A DNA stretch of 63,285 bases, counting the filler, from Guillardia theta CCMP2712 (lineage: Eukaryota; Protista; Cryptophyta), in the NCBI RefSeq assembly GCF_000315625.1. It is 3 parts of 3 records of this genome, joined end to end, with 100 filler letters (N's around TTAATTAATTAA, not from the genome) between each part and the next. Parts side by side here need not be neighbours in the genome. Positions count along the whole stretch, not along the records: positions 29,753 to 54,141 come from NW_005434405.1; positions 54,242 to 63,285 come from NW_005434432.1; 1 more part is not named here. One strand, 5' to 3'. Positions 49,232 to 60,908 of this stretch are shown here, piece by piece. Position 1 is the stretch's first letter, and every line of letters begins with the position of its first letter. A program made the translations under genes and the position numbers. Under the pieces are notes generated by a model. It had not been told where the DNA came from. It did not search any database and saw only the letters and a program-made list of their open reading frames with translations.

Positions 49232-49649
49232 TTCACGACCATGAGTCTTGACGTCAGAAGTCCTTGGATGATTTAACTGAATCTTCTATTCATCATGGAT
49301 GTCATGGTATCCTCCCGCAGCTTTTCCAAATGTCGTTGAGCTAGTGGAATGGCTCAGTTCACCTCAAAGTTTGTGATGATCAGCTCGTAAACGTCTTGCG
49401 GTAGCGACGTTGAAACATTCATCACTGTATCGTGCAACAGCTTTATTCCCTGTGCTTGACTCTCTCGCAGCTTTCTGATTTCATCCACATCGGAACTCCA
49501 GTGCAGGTCATACCGCATTCTTCGCATTCCCCGCGACAAAAACTGATATGATGCTCTTTCAATTCTAAAACTGCATTGTTCCCTTTTACTGCAAAAACAG
49601 GTGAGCTCTTAATCGATATTCATCAACAGGCGCAAAGGCCTTTGAATCG

Positions 49650-49899
49650 AGCCAACTGAGCCAACTGAGCCAACTGAGCCAACTGAGCCAACTGAGCCAA
49701 CTGAGCCAACTGAGCCAACTGAGCCAACCGAGCCAACTGAGCCAACTGAGCCAACTGAGCCAACTGAGCCAACTGAGCCAACCGAGCCAACTGAGCCAAC
49801 TGAGCCAACTGAGCCAACCGAGCCAACTGAGCCAACTGAGCCAACTGAGCCAACTGAGCCAACTGAGCCAACTGAGCCAACTGAGCCAACTGAGCCAAC
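49650..49899. repeat. 9-bp tandem repeat (AGCCAACTG)n
   Basis: Read directly. Confidence 0.96.
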
Positions 49900-50128
49900 A
49901 TCTCACGCCCTTCATCAACATCCGGATATCTCACAGAAACTAAAGGACGAACATATCAACTACTCCTACTTGCTCCAGGCTTCAAAAGCATCATCACTCA
50001 TCACCTGACAGTCCGCCGAGCCGTTCGGAGGCACGCGACCCCGCGTCAGAGGCCGCTCAGTCGTTAGTGCGATCACTCCATCCGGGAGTCGGAGCATCGG
50101 AGGGCGGGAGTCTTCTTAGTCTTATTAG

Positions 50129-50458
50129 TCTTTACTCAAAGTTAAGTTAAAAATCAGTACGAGGATATCAGTATCCTTCCATCCACGAGATATCTTTACT
50201 CAAAGTTAAGTTAAAAATCAGTACGAGGATATCAGTATCCTTCCATCCACGAGATATCTTTACTCAAAGTTAAGTTAAAAATCAGTACGAGGATATCAGT
50301 ATCCTTCCATCCACGAGATATCTTTACTCAAAGTTAAGTTAAAAATCAGTACGAGGATATCAGTATCCTTCCATCCATCCATTTTTCAGGGTGTCCGTGC
50401 GCTCCGCAGCAGCCGAGATATCTTTACTCAAAGTTAAGTTAAAAATCAGTACGAGGAC
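50129..50458. repeat. 64-bp tandem repeat, 4 copies plus a displaced partial
   Basis: tttactcaaagttaag occurs at 50131, 50195, 50259, 50323 and 50423. Confidence 0.9.
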
Positions 50459-50634
50459 AATATTAGTCACGTTGAAAGCGCGGGGTCGGAGCGTCGGAGT
50501 ATTTGAGAGGTGTAAGATGTAGTCCGCACTTATAGTCCTTTGGGAGGATTCCAAGAAGGAAATATCCTTGTGTTATACATTGAATCCTACCTAGATCCCA
50601 TAGCTCTACTAATATATACACTTTTGTAGTTTTT

Positions 50635-51435
50635 CACTGTGCTGTTTCACTTCCAACAAGCTCACTGTGCTGTTTCACTTCCAACAAGCTCACTGCGCTA
50701 TTTCACTTGCAACAAGCTCACTGTGCTATTCCACTTCCAACAAGCTCACTGTGCTATTTCACTACTTGCAACAAGCTCACTGTGCTATTCCACTTGCAAC
50801 AAGCTCACTGTGCTATTTCAATTGCAACAAGCTCACTGTGCTATTTCACTACTTGCAACAAGCTTACTGTGCTGTTTCACTTCCAACAAGCTCACTGTGC
50901 TATTTCACTTGCAACGAGCTTACTGTGCTATTCCACTTGCAACGAGCTCACTGTGCTGTTCCACTTGCAACAATCTCACTGTGCTATTTCACTACTTACA
51001 GCAACAAGCTCACTGTGCTGTTTCACTTCCAACAAGCTCACTGTGCTGTTTCACTTCCAACAAGCTCACTGTGCTATTTCACTACTTGCAACAAGCTTAC
51101 TGTGCTGTTTCACTTCCAACAAGCTCACTGTGCTATGCAACAAGCTTACTGTGCTATGCAACAAGCTCACTGTGCTATGCAACAAGCTTACTGTGCTGTG
51201 CAACAAGCTCACAGATCACTGTGCTATGCAACAAGCTTACTGTGCTATGCAACAAGCTTACTGTGCTATGCAACAAGCTTACTGTGCTATGCAACAAACT
51301 CACTGTGCTATGAAACAAGCTCACTGTGCTATGAAACAAGCTCACTGTGCTGTGAAACAAGCTCACTGTGCTATGAAACAAGCTCACTGTGCTATGCAAC
51401 AAGCTTACTGTGCTATGAAACAAGCTCACTGTGCC
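50635..51435. repeat. Degenerate 21-33 bp satellite with CAAGCTCACTGTGCT core
   Basis: Read directly. The unit shortens to 21 bp after ~51120. Confidence 0.92.
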
Positions 51436-51741
51436 AACAAGGGTGGTTTCGCTTACCCTGCATATCAAGCAGCAGCAGTCGGTCCTAATGTTCCGGTGTG
51501 TGGTAATGACTAATGTTCCGGTGGGTCCGTGACCTGGTACAAATGCTTTTACTCAACATGGGGGAGGACCGTCGGATGTTAATATCGAGCTCAGGTCCTA
51601 GGGAAGCCTACGAGGTGTCATAGGAACTCATCTAGGTAACTTCCAGTACCTCCGGCCCTACAAGGTCCTAGCCCCCTAAGCAACTTTCAGATCCCTGCCT
51701 CCTCCTCCTCCTGCACTACTACAAGCGTAGCGTGCTACAGC

Positions 51742-52325
51742 GTGATGTCTGTCATGGAGGGGTATGGAGTAGTGTAGCGTAGTGTGCTGATAGAGTGATG
51801 TCTGTCATGGAGTGGTATGGAGTAGTGTAGCGTAGTGTGCTGATAGAGTGATGTCTGTCATGGAGGGGTATGGAGTAGTGTAGCGTAGTGTGCTGATAGA
51901 GTGATGTCTGTCATGGAGGGGTATGGAGTAGTGTAGCGTAGTGTGCTGATAGAGTGATGTCTGTCATGGAGGGGTATGGAGTAGTGTAGCGTAGTGTGCT
52001 GATAGAGTGATGTCTGTCATGGAGTGGTATGGAGTAGTGTAGCGTAGTGTGCTGATAGAGTGATGTCTGTCATGGAGGGGTATGGAGTAGTGTAGCGTAG
52101 TGTGCTGATAGAGTGATGTCTGTCATGGAGGGGTATGGAGTAGTGTAGCGTAGTGTGCTGATAGAGTGATGTCTGTCATGGAGGGGTATGGAGTAGTGTA
52201 GCGTAGTGTGCTGATAGAGTGGGGTATGGAGTAGTGTAGCGTAGTGTGCTGATAGAGTGGGGTATGGAGTAGTGTAGCGTAGTGTGCTGATAGAGTGATG
52301 TCTGTCATGGGGTAGGGTATGGAGT
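51742..52325. repeat. 53-bp tandem repeat, ~11 copies
   Basis: gtgatgtctgtcatgg recurs at 51742, 51795, 51848 and onward. Confidence 0.93.
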
Positions 52326-52726
52326 GGTGTCCTTGCCTGGCCTGTCCATGGCAGCGCACAGACAGACGGTTGATGCTGAGGGTCTGCGAGTATTGTGACG
52401 GGGTCGCAGGTCTCACTGGGCGTCACGAGCACCAAGGGATGATTGGGCTTGGAGGCGACTCTCAGGTAGCTGCTGCTGCCCACTCGCGCCTCCTCCTCAT
52501 CCATGCATGCCAGGCTCAGGCGGGCACAAGCGCAGCTGGCAAGCAGACAACAGCGCCTGGAGCTGACGTCGGCGACTACCTGGTGACGCGATGACGACTT
52601 GCATGGGCGAGTGTAGGCCTGAGCGACTGACGAGCCGCTTGCATGCAGCACACCGCGATGAGCTCTTTGCTGGAGAGTGTATCTGGAGCTTTCAGACCGG
52701 TCCTGGTAGCGCTTCTACAGCTGGGC

Positions 52727-53430
52727 ATGGCTGGGGCATGTGACGTGCTTGCAGAAGAGTGAGGACAAGAAGAAGGCGAGGAAGAAGAAGCCTCAGCTCA
52801 CCATCCGACTAGACACAGGTTGTCAGCGCCAGCAGCGATCTTGTTCAATGTGTCTGACGGGGTCTGTCCTCAGACGTGAGCTTGCACGAAGAGGCTTCCA
52901 GCGACCGTCAAGCCGGTTCCGGTCGGAGTCACAAGTCAGCTCTGCGATCGCCGATGCCGGCCTCGCCGCAGAGCTTGAGCCTGCCGTCGCCGCTGGAGAA
53001 GAAGAAGATTCGCTTCATGGACGAGCCGCCGGAGACTTCCAGGTCGCCCTCTAACGCCCTCAAGACTTCGCTCGCCGAGACCCGCACGTCAGACCAGCGC
53101 ATTGCGCGCTATGAAGTACTGCAGCCTTGTACAGACAAGACCGGAAAGTCGAGAAACGATGCCGCGACAGCAGCAGGCTTCAACCCGATCGCCGCACAGG
53201 GTCGCCGTGGGAGTGAGGTGAGGGGATGGAGATGGTGCGAGCGAGTGGATGGTGATGTTGCTGACGGAGCAGGGGGGCCAAAGTTCGATCAGAAGAAACT
53301 CGAACGTGCAGCTTACAAAGCAGGTCCAAGAAGCAGTTGAGCTTCACCTTAATCAGGTGACAGTTGCTAGAGATTCTTATCTTGCTCTGATGCGATGGTC
53401 TTGCAGGAAAAACTCAAGGCGACGAAGAAT
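52727..53430 (+). CDS. Possible small spliced hypothetical gene
   Basis: Short Lys/Ser-rich exons separated by ~50-nt GT-AG introns. No family recognised. Confidence 0.35.
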
Positions 53431-53607
53431 CGTTTGCCGGATGGAGTTTGTCCTGACGTACAGAACGGCGTTTTATGGACATAGTGAGATAGAGGTAGAG
53501 GCGTTGTAGCAAAGCTGGTTTGTGTTCTTATAAGTTTACTGTGAATTGTTTGAGCTCTGCGGTTGGTACAGAGATAGAATTGTTGACATTGCTGATTGGC
53601 ACATACT

Positions 53608-53927
53608 GGCGCTAGTAGGAGAACATTGATGGCGCTAGTAGGAGAACATTGATGGCGCTAGTAGGAGAACATTGATGGCGCTAGCAGGAGAACATTGATG
53701 GCGCTAGCAGGAGAACATTGATGGCGCTAGCAGGAGAACATTGATGGCGCTAGTAGGAGAACATTGATGGCGCTAGCAGGAGAACATTGATGGCGCTAGT
53801 AGGAGAACATTGATGGCGCTAGTAGGAGAACATTGATGGCGCTAGCAGGAGAACATTGATGGCGCTAGTAGGAGAACATTGATGGCGCTAGTAGGAGAAC
53901 ATTGATGGCGCTAGCAGGAGAACATTG
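53608..53927. repeat. 23-bp tandem repeat (TGGCGCTAGYAGGAGAACATTGA), ~14 copies
   Basis: Read directly. Confidence 0.95.
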
Positions 53928-54241
53928 TGTCATCGTCATGGTGTCTGTACCGGTCGATTCGGCCCCGAGGTCAACCGCTGCGGTTTCGAAAAGCCTTACA
54001 ATGACCACTTAGTACCAGAAACTTTACTCAACTCAGTACAGATATTTCTCTGGGGCAGCCACGTAAGCTTCCTAGGACCTCGGTCCTACCAGAGGTCTAA
54101 GCTGATACGGTCTTGCGGGCCTATTGATTCAGGACAGCTTTNNNNNNNNNNNNNNNNNNNNNNNNNNNNNNNNNNNNNNNNNNNNTTAATTAATTAANNN
54201 NNNNNNNNNNNNNNNNNNNNNNNNNNNNNNNNNNNNNNNNN

Positions 54242-56673
54242 CTATACCGCTGATAGGTGGCGGCGCGTTTGCGAGCCAGGACCTCAGCAGCAGGGCCGTC
54301 ATCAGGCACGAAGTGCCGACCAAACGCCGCATCCTCAAGAGGCATCGAGCGCTGAGCAATGATGTCCGCGAGATACCAGATGAAGCGGAGGGTGTCAGGA
54401 TGCAGGGTACCGTCCGTCGAGATGGCAAGAGATAGCGGATTTACTGGCAGAAGGTAAAAAGTGCCTCAAGCAGAACAAAGCAGGAACAAGCTAAACCTCC
54501 AGGCACACAGCGCACAGCGAGAAGCTGCGAAGAGGGATGAACGCTCGAGGAGGAGGAGTCATAGCATATGCAGCGCGATGTTTGCGAATCTTCTCAGACG
54601 CTGCAACATGGAGGGCGTCGAGGTTGACCTCCCCCCACTTGGTCAGGTCGGCAGAGCTACCAATGTAAGGGTGGACCAACAAGCCTCGTACTGCTCGGAC
54701 CCTCGATCGCGGATTCCAGGGATGTGGATATCGCCCTTCATCTTGCGGCCATGAGGATGGGAGGGTACCTGCCGTCGAGAACGAGGATCCCCCACTGTAT
54801 CGATGACGCTCTGAAGACCAGCTTCGTTCAGCATCGACCGAATCGTACGAGTCACTAAGGTTGTCATGCGCCGTGGGAAGCTTGGAGGATCGGCGTTTGC
54901 AGGTCTGGAGATGATGTGCAGCAACGGAGGGATCGAGCTCGCGCTGACATCCATCACATTTCGTCGGACACTGGCAGATCGGCATGCCATGGAGATAGCA
55001 GTCGAGCATCTGAGCATAGCGGTGCGGGAAGGCCTTGAGGGGGTAGTAGCTCGAGACTCACATCGGAGAGTGGCTCAGGTCACGCTCAGGAAAATGAGCG
55101 AAGATGGTAGACTGCAAGACCCTATCCTGCGACTTGAGCGAGGTTATAGGATTTACTGGCAGAAGGTAAAAAGTGCCTCAAGCAAAGCGAGTGTGTCCTG
55201 CGGCTGTGCAAGGTGAGGATATCACGCTGCTGATCGGTCAGCGCAGCGCGAGCATGCACATGGCGAGGGAAGACGCGCATGACAAGAGGAGTCACATTTT
55301 GCTGCGCAGGGGGAGGAATGAAGTGCTCATGAGACGAGGTAGATATAGGATTTACTGGCAGAAGGTAAAAAGTGCCTCAAGCAAAACAAAGCAGGAACAA
55401 GCTGAACCGGCAGGCACACAGTCCACAGCGAGACGAGTCGACGAGAGCGCGCAAACCAGGGATGTGTACCACAGATGCCGGGGGGCGTCCTGCGTCATCA
55501 GGCACAGCAGCCGGGGCAGGTGCCAGTAAATCCTAAGTCCTCCGGATCGCCGCGCCATCTGCAGCCGGTGCAGGAGCCCTCACACGACGGTAGAGGATCG
55601 CAATCGCTCCAGCATTATGAACGAAGTATAGGATTTACTGGCAGAAGGTAAAAAGTGCCTCAAGCAAAACAAAGCAGGAACAAGCTGAACCGGCAGGCAC
55701 ACAGTCCACAGCGAGAAGCTGCACAATCACACACAAAACACAAGCCCGAAATCTTAACCAGCACTGCTGGCACCCAGACGCGGCAGCGCCAGCCCAAGCG
55801 CGAAGCCGCGCAGACAAGCAGCCTAAGGGCAAAGCAATCAAGCAACAAGCAGCAGGAGCATGCAGGAGGAATAAAATCCCTAACGTCCAGGCTATGAGGA
55901 GAGGTCAGCGTCCGGGACATGGGCTGGTCAGAGTACCAAGCGAGGAAGCGAGCGATAGCCGTATAGTAAACAGCGGGGTGTAGACCCTCAGAGGGCGTGA
56001 ACTCGTCCCCTCCCCGACTATGCGGAAGCTCCCGCTTGAACCTCGCAAACTCTAGCAGGTCGGGATGCGCGGCGAGGTACTGCGAGGAAGGCCAGCGGTG
56101 GTATTTCTCAAGCGCCAGGTGGACAGAGAGGTCAAGCTTCTGGAGATGGAGCCGCGTCTTGAACATGAAGCCATGCTGGACGAGCCCGAGCTTCGAGAGC
56201 TCTTCGTTGAGGTTAGAAACCTTCGCTCGGAGCTCACTAGCATGAAATCCATCCGTGCCGATAGGCAGGCCGCCAAGTGTAATCCCGCCAGTGACGACCT
56301 CGAAGTGAAGAAGTTGAGTCTTGAGACGGCGCTTAAGGCTCTTCTTCAGCTGCGAGAGATCAGGGTGTTGATGCCAGGAGGGGATGTAAACTTTCGACTC
56401 GCGAGGTTGAATCTCTAGCTTCAGATCAGCTAACATGTACTTCTTCATAGCGGACGTAGCTGCAACGGCATCCTCGAGTGGACCGACAAGCACGACGTTG
56501 TCAGCATAGGCCAAGACTCGAACAGAGGGAAAAAGCTCTGCGATATGGAGGAGCAGGGGGTGGATACTGTGGCAGAAAAATACGCTGGAGGGGACATCGC
56601 CCTGACAGACGCCCGAGGTACACTGAACGGAGGCTGACTGACATACCGGGCAGTTTCCCACCGCTCCCGGCAC
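54242..56673 (-). mobile_element. Cluster of nested/truncated CRE-clade (RLE-type) non-LTR retrotransposon fragments
   Basis: RT motifs SGVCQGD..F and VLAYADNVVLVGP. Zn-knuckle CDGC..HHLQTC..H. RLE-like KMKGDI..VHP..AASEK..KH..FIPL. Four same-orientation copies of the same 3' terminus. Confidence 0.82.
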
Positions 56674-57190
56674 CTCATTAGTAGTTCATCAATTGGGGTA
56701 CCTTCTTTGATGGGGGTGGGCTGCCTGGTTTGAATTTTTGTACCAGAAATGATTTTTGAGTAATTACATAAAAGTTGTTTTTGAGAGATTTTAGGATGTA
56801 TATATGGTACAAAAGCTCCTGGCAACCCCTCTGAATGACCCGGATCCTGAGCACCCCTCNNNNNNNNNNNNNNNNNNNNNNNNNNNNNNNNNNNNNNNNN
56901 NNNNNNNNNNNNNNNNNNNNNNNNNNNNNNNNNNNNNNNNNNNNNNNNNNNNNNNNNNNCATCCCCCGCCCCTCCAACCATCCCCCTCACCTCCAACCAT
57001 CCCCCTCCCCTCCAACCATCCCCCGGCGCCCCTCCGAGTCCAACCATCCCCCGCCCCTCCAACCAATCCCCCGTCCCTCCAACCATCCCCNNNNNNNNNN
57101 NNNNNNNNNNNNNNNNNNNNNNNNNNNNNNNNNNNNNNNNNNNNNNNNNNNNNNNNNNNNNNNNNNNNNNNNNNNNNNNNNNNNNNNNNN

Positions 57191-58301
57191 CAGAAGGGTA
57201 ACGCTAGTGATGGATGATGACGGGGAAACTCGGAAGCTTGAGAGAGATTGTGTACCTCAAATGATCAAAATCCCTTTTTTCTTCTCTCGGATGTTATTTC
57301 AGGAAGACACTGACGCTCCTCAACTTGTGCTTTGTGGTAGTAGAGAATCGCAAAAGCGCGAATTTCTAAAACCAAGTATGGGAATCTCGTTCTTGGACGT
57401 CAACAAACAACTCCGGCATGGTATGATACGAAAAGTAACCGAGAGTCATGTAGATGTTTACATTCTTTACACCAAGGATGTATTGAGACAAGTACAAACC
57501 AATGTCTTGAGTGGAGCTCGCTTGACGCAATTCATCTCTAGCCTTGATGATCATGAGTGCTTGCAGAGCATCTACACGGACCAAGTTCCATTGCAAGACA
57601 TTCAGGAAACTGTATTGCTGAACTATGCCCAATTCTCTGTAAGGACTATGCGGTGCAATAGCTTACTGATCGTTGGGTGGTTGTACTTCGGAATGCCAGG
57701 ACGCAAAAGTCAAGAATGTCAATTTTCTTACTTCAATACCATGACGGTTTTACCCCAGCAACTGAAAAACTTTGTCGATGTCACTCTTCTGCTTCAACTT
57801 ACAAATACCATTGAACTTCACTGGGAATTGGAATCGATCAGACGCAGTTTGAACAAGTGGCTGCAGCTGAGAGGAAAACCAAAGACTCGTTGTCTTGCTG
57901 CAGCAAAAGAAGCTCCCTTGAGATTCAATGTGGAGATACAGGATATGCGTGCAATGCTGTTCCTTTTTTCTGAGATTATGCAAACCGATCCCAATCTTGA
58001 AGCAGAGGCAATTAAGTGTTCCACTGTTAGCAAAAGTAGCCTGGTAACATGCTATTGGGTAATTCCTGAGACATATCTAAGAACCTCTGTTTTGCAAAAG
58101 CACTTGACTATACCCTTTCATGATTCACAACTACGGTTGCCAAATGGGACTGGTAGTATTTACGTGGAGGGGCCTGTGACAATCAGCTTACGAAGACAGA
58201 AAACTGCTAATGAGGCTGGGTTGCTCATTTTCAGATTTTCTAAGATCTATCGTTACGGCTGGACTGGAAAAGAAATGTGGAGGTTTCCTCCTCTCAAATA
58301 G
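57191..58301 (+). CDS. Transposon partner protein with BAH-like domain (5' end probably lost in gap)
   Basis: ~370 open codons. FLKPSMGISFLD..HGMIRKV..VDVYILYT..DDHECLQSIYTDQVPLQDIQETVLL fits the BAH pattern. Confidence 0.55.
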
Positions 58302-58391
58302 TTTGTTTATAGCGGCCGGCTTACCAAGTCCATTTCAAGAGTCGTGGCAAGCTCATCCGCGCCAAAGATAGCACAGAAATAAAATTTTCAT

Positions 58392-60908
58392 TTATGTACT
58401 ATTCAAAACCACTTGTAATTGTTTTGCTTTGCGTTCTAAATTGAACCAACTTACCATGCTCAGCGATGCTAAGGCGTAGTAAGACCAGGCTGCTTGGCGC
58501 GACTCCATCAAAGGTTCATGTTCTCCTTCACGGCGACGTTTCTTTGAGACGAATGCATTCACCTCTGGTTGGACTTGAAGATATGAAGGTCTTCCAAAAT
58601 GTCTGTGGCGATTCTCGACGTTACTAATGTTCAGTAATCCAAGAGGGATCCCATATTGTACCAAACGGTCGTAGAATTGTTGGCCAATGTGCCCAACAAG
58701 GAGCGAGTGGAAGTAGAATGACTGCATCAAAGTAGGATCTCCAACCAGATCGATAATGTTGAGCATGAGATTTCTCAATCTTACTGGAACGGTCAAACCG
58801 ATTTCAAAATTCAGGTTTTCAATTTTTTCAATTTCTTGACACTTCAGCATGCTGCTTAGCAAGTCCCATTCTTGCATTACTTGAGTCCATTGTTCTCTGT
58901 CATCTGCATAGGCAGGATCGCTGTAAAGGGTATTGATAACCACTGCGGCATTTTTGACGAATCGGGCACATTGTTCCCCGTTCAATTTTCTATTATGAGA
59001 CTTCTCAGTGAATTGCACATTCACTCCTTGCTCTTGTAATCGAAGGTTGACTGTCGCGACCTTTCTCATCTGCGCCGCTTTCTCTTGGAGGCAACCAATA
59101 ATCATGTTCGTCGTTCTTATGAAAGCATGAAACGAGCAACAAGCTGCTTCGCCGCTGCATCTGTCCATTTCAATGAGACGAATCACTGGGATCTTTGTTC
59201 CAATTTCCATGATCAATTCTGGGTCTTGCAGATAATTTTGCAGTCGAGTCTGATTTTCTTCAGCTAATAACTCTTGGAATTCTCCTTCCGAGGTATCGAA
59301 CATTCGTTGGAAAGCATCGGGACTTTTCAACATTCTGTTTAATTTCTTGATGCCCTCGGTAGACATGACTAGTCTTTCACACACTTGGGACAGAGTTTCG
59401 TCGCAAACGATTGTTTCGATTTCGAAATATTTGCCAGCCTTGTGATCTTTTAGGAGTTCGTTACAGTGGAGACAGAACTTACCCTCATTGTCGGACATTC
59501 CACCAATGCCGTACATATTCCATTGCCCTTGCAAATCAGATCTCTTGACGAACTCCACTTGGATAATCTTGTCAGGCTTACCACCTGCTAAAGTCTTTTG
59601 AAGTCCCCCGACTGCTTGATTGTTGTAGACGTGAATACCTTTCTCCTTCAAGAGATCAATAACTTGATCATATGCAGCTCTCACAGTCCTCTGAAAAACC
59701 TCAGGACTGTCTCCATATGGAATGTAGGACATCGTCATAAGGCATGATGAACTTCGGACAAGCTTTTGCCAGAATTTCCATTCTTTCTTCGAACAGTCTA
59801 CGCCGTAAGGGAAAATGGAAATGGTGACTTCAGTTGCCTTCTGAGGATTGCCAGCCGAGAAAGTCATTGTTGCACAGTCATAGTTGATCGTGATAACAAG
59901 GCGATGCTTCCCGTGAAGTTTGAAGATATCAATCCACTCTTCGACAAGTTGAAGGAGGCCGAGACAATGTGTCCCATCTGGCAAACAGAACAGTTTGAAT
60001 CTTTCGCACATCGCATGCTTCTCTTGTACTCTAACCCGTGATATTTTTGGCATTGGAATAAAGCAGCCAGCCATGCTATCGTTTGCACGACAGAATCCTT
60101 GGTACTGCGATTTCGTTATACCGTTTGCTGTCAGGGCAACTGCTGCCTCTCGCGCGCTCGGCATCATTTGCCTGACCGCAGGTTTCAGGCAGTTTTGAAG
60201 CTCCTTATTCGTGGCAAGTTCATTTTTTATGACTGTCTTGAAGGCTTGACTGCTCAGAATGCCTTCAAAGAACGTAAGGCTATCGTATTTCGAAGTTTTG
60301 CACTTCTTCTGCTTTCGAGGCCCCTCGGCCGCTTCCTGTCCAGAGTCATCCTCACACTGGTGGTGAAATAGATCAGCAAAATGTCCCCATTTCACTCGAC
60401 AATTGGCCTTGTGTGACGCAAAGTGCCGATCTACCTTCTTCGTGACCACATCTAGAAGGTCCTCATCAGTGTCACCCTGGATCTTCTTCAGAATCGCTGT
60501 TTTCACTTTTGGATCTTTGATAGAATCGTAACAAGCCGGAATTGGTTCATCAGAGTCGGAAATAATCCCTTCGCGTATGGCTTCATCCACATGATGACTA
60601 AAACCTCTCTGCTCCTCATACTCTTGTAAGATTCGAAGCAACAACTCAGGAGATCTACCTGCATCTCAGGTGTTACAAAGATTTGAATTATACAAATAAT
60701 CTCTTTTCAAACCTATGGCCTTCAGGCAAGCATTGACATTAGGTTGTCCTTGCCATTTTCCTTGTTTATAGAGGAAGCCCGCTCGACTTGCCAGAGACTC
60801 CCAGGTGAGCAATTCATCGTCTTCCAGGGTGATCGTTTGTTTGCGACGTCTGCACGAACTTCCTTGCAAAGGTGGGGATGACGGATTTGATAGATTTGGT
60901 CCTGACAT
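58392..60908 (-). CDS. RAG1/Transib-like DDE transposase, 820 aa, one 54-nt intron (60659-60712)
   Basis: Motifs in RAG1 order: ITKSQY, ITINYD, FVKRSD, FCLHC, FHAFIR, LNGEQCARF, FYFHSLLVGH, GIPLG..NVENRH. The GT-AG intron joins ORF 60666-60908 in frame. Confidence 0.8.

Noticed and set aside
54437-55670. CRISPR-like array (36-bp repeat with unique intervening DNA)
   Set aside because: The intervals are ~160-670 bp of retroelement-like sequence, the repeat is the element's 3' end, there are no cas genes, and the context is eukaryotic.
55631-55700. Spliced-leader RNA gene (…GCAGAAG|GTAAAAAG donor-like) targeted by CRE elements
   Set aside because: It is tempting because trypanosome CRE/SLACS elements target SL genes. 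However, the motif is continuous with the 3' UTR after the ORF stop, and I cannot verify it against mRNA 5' ends.
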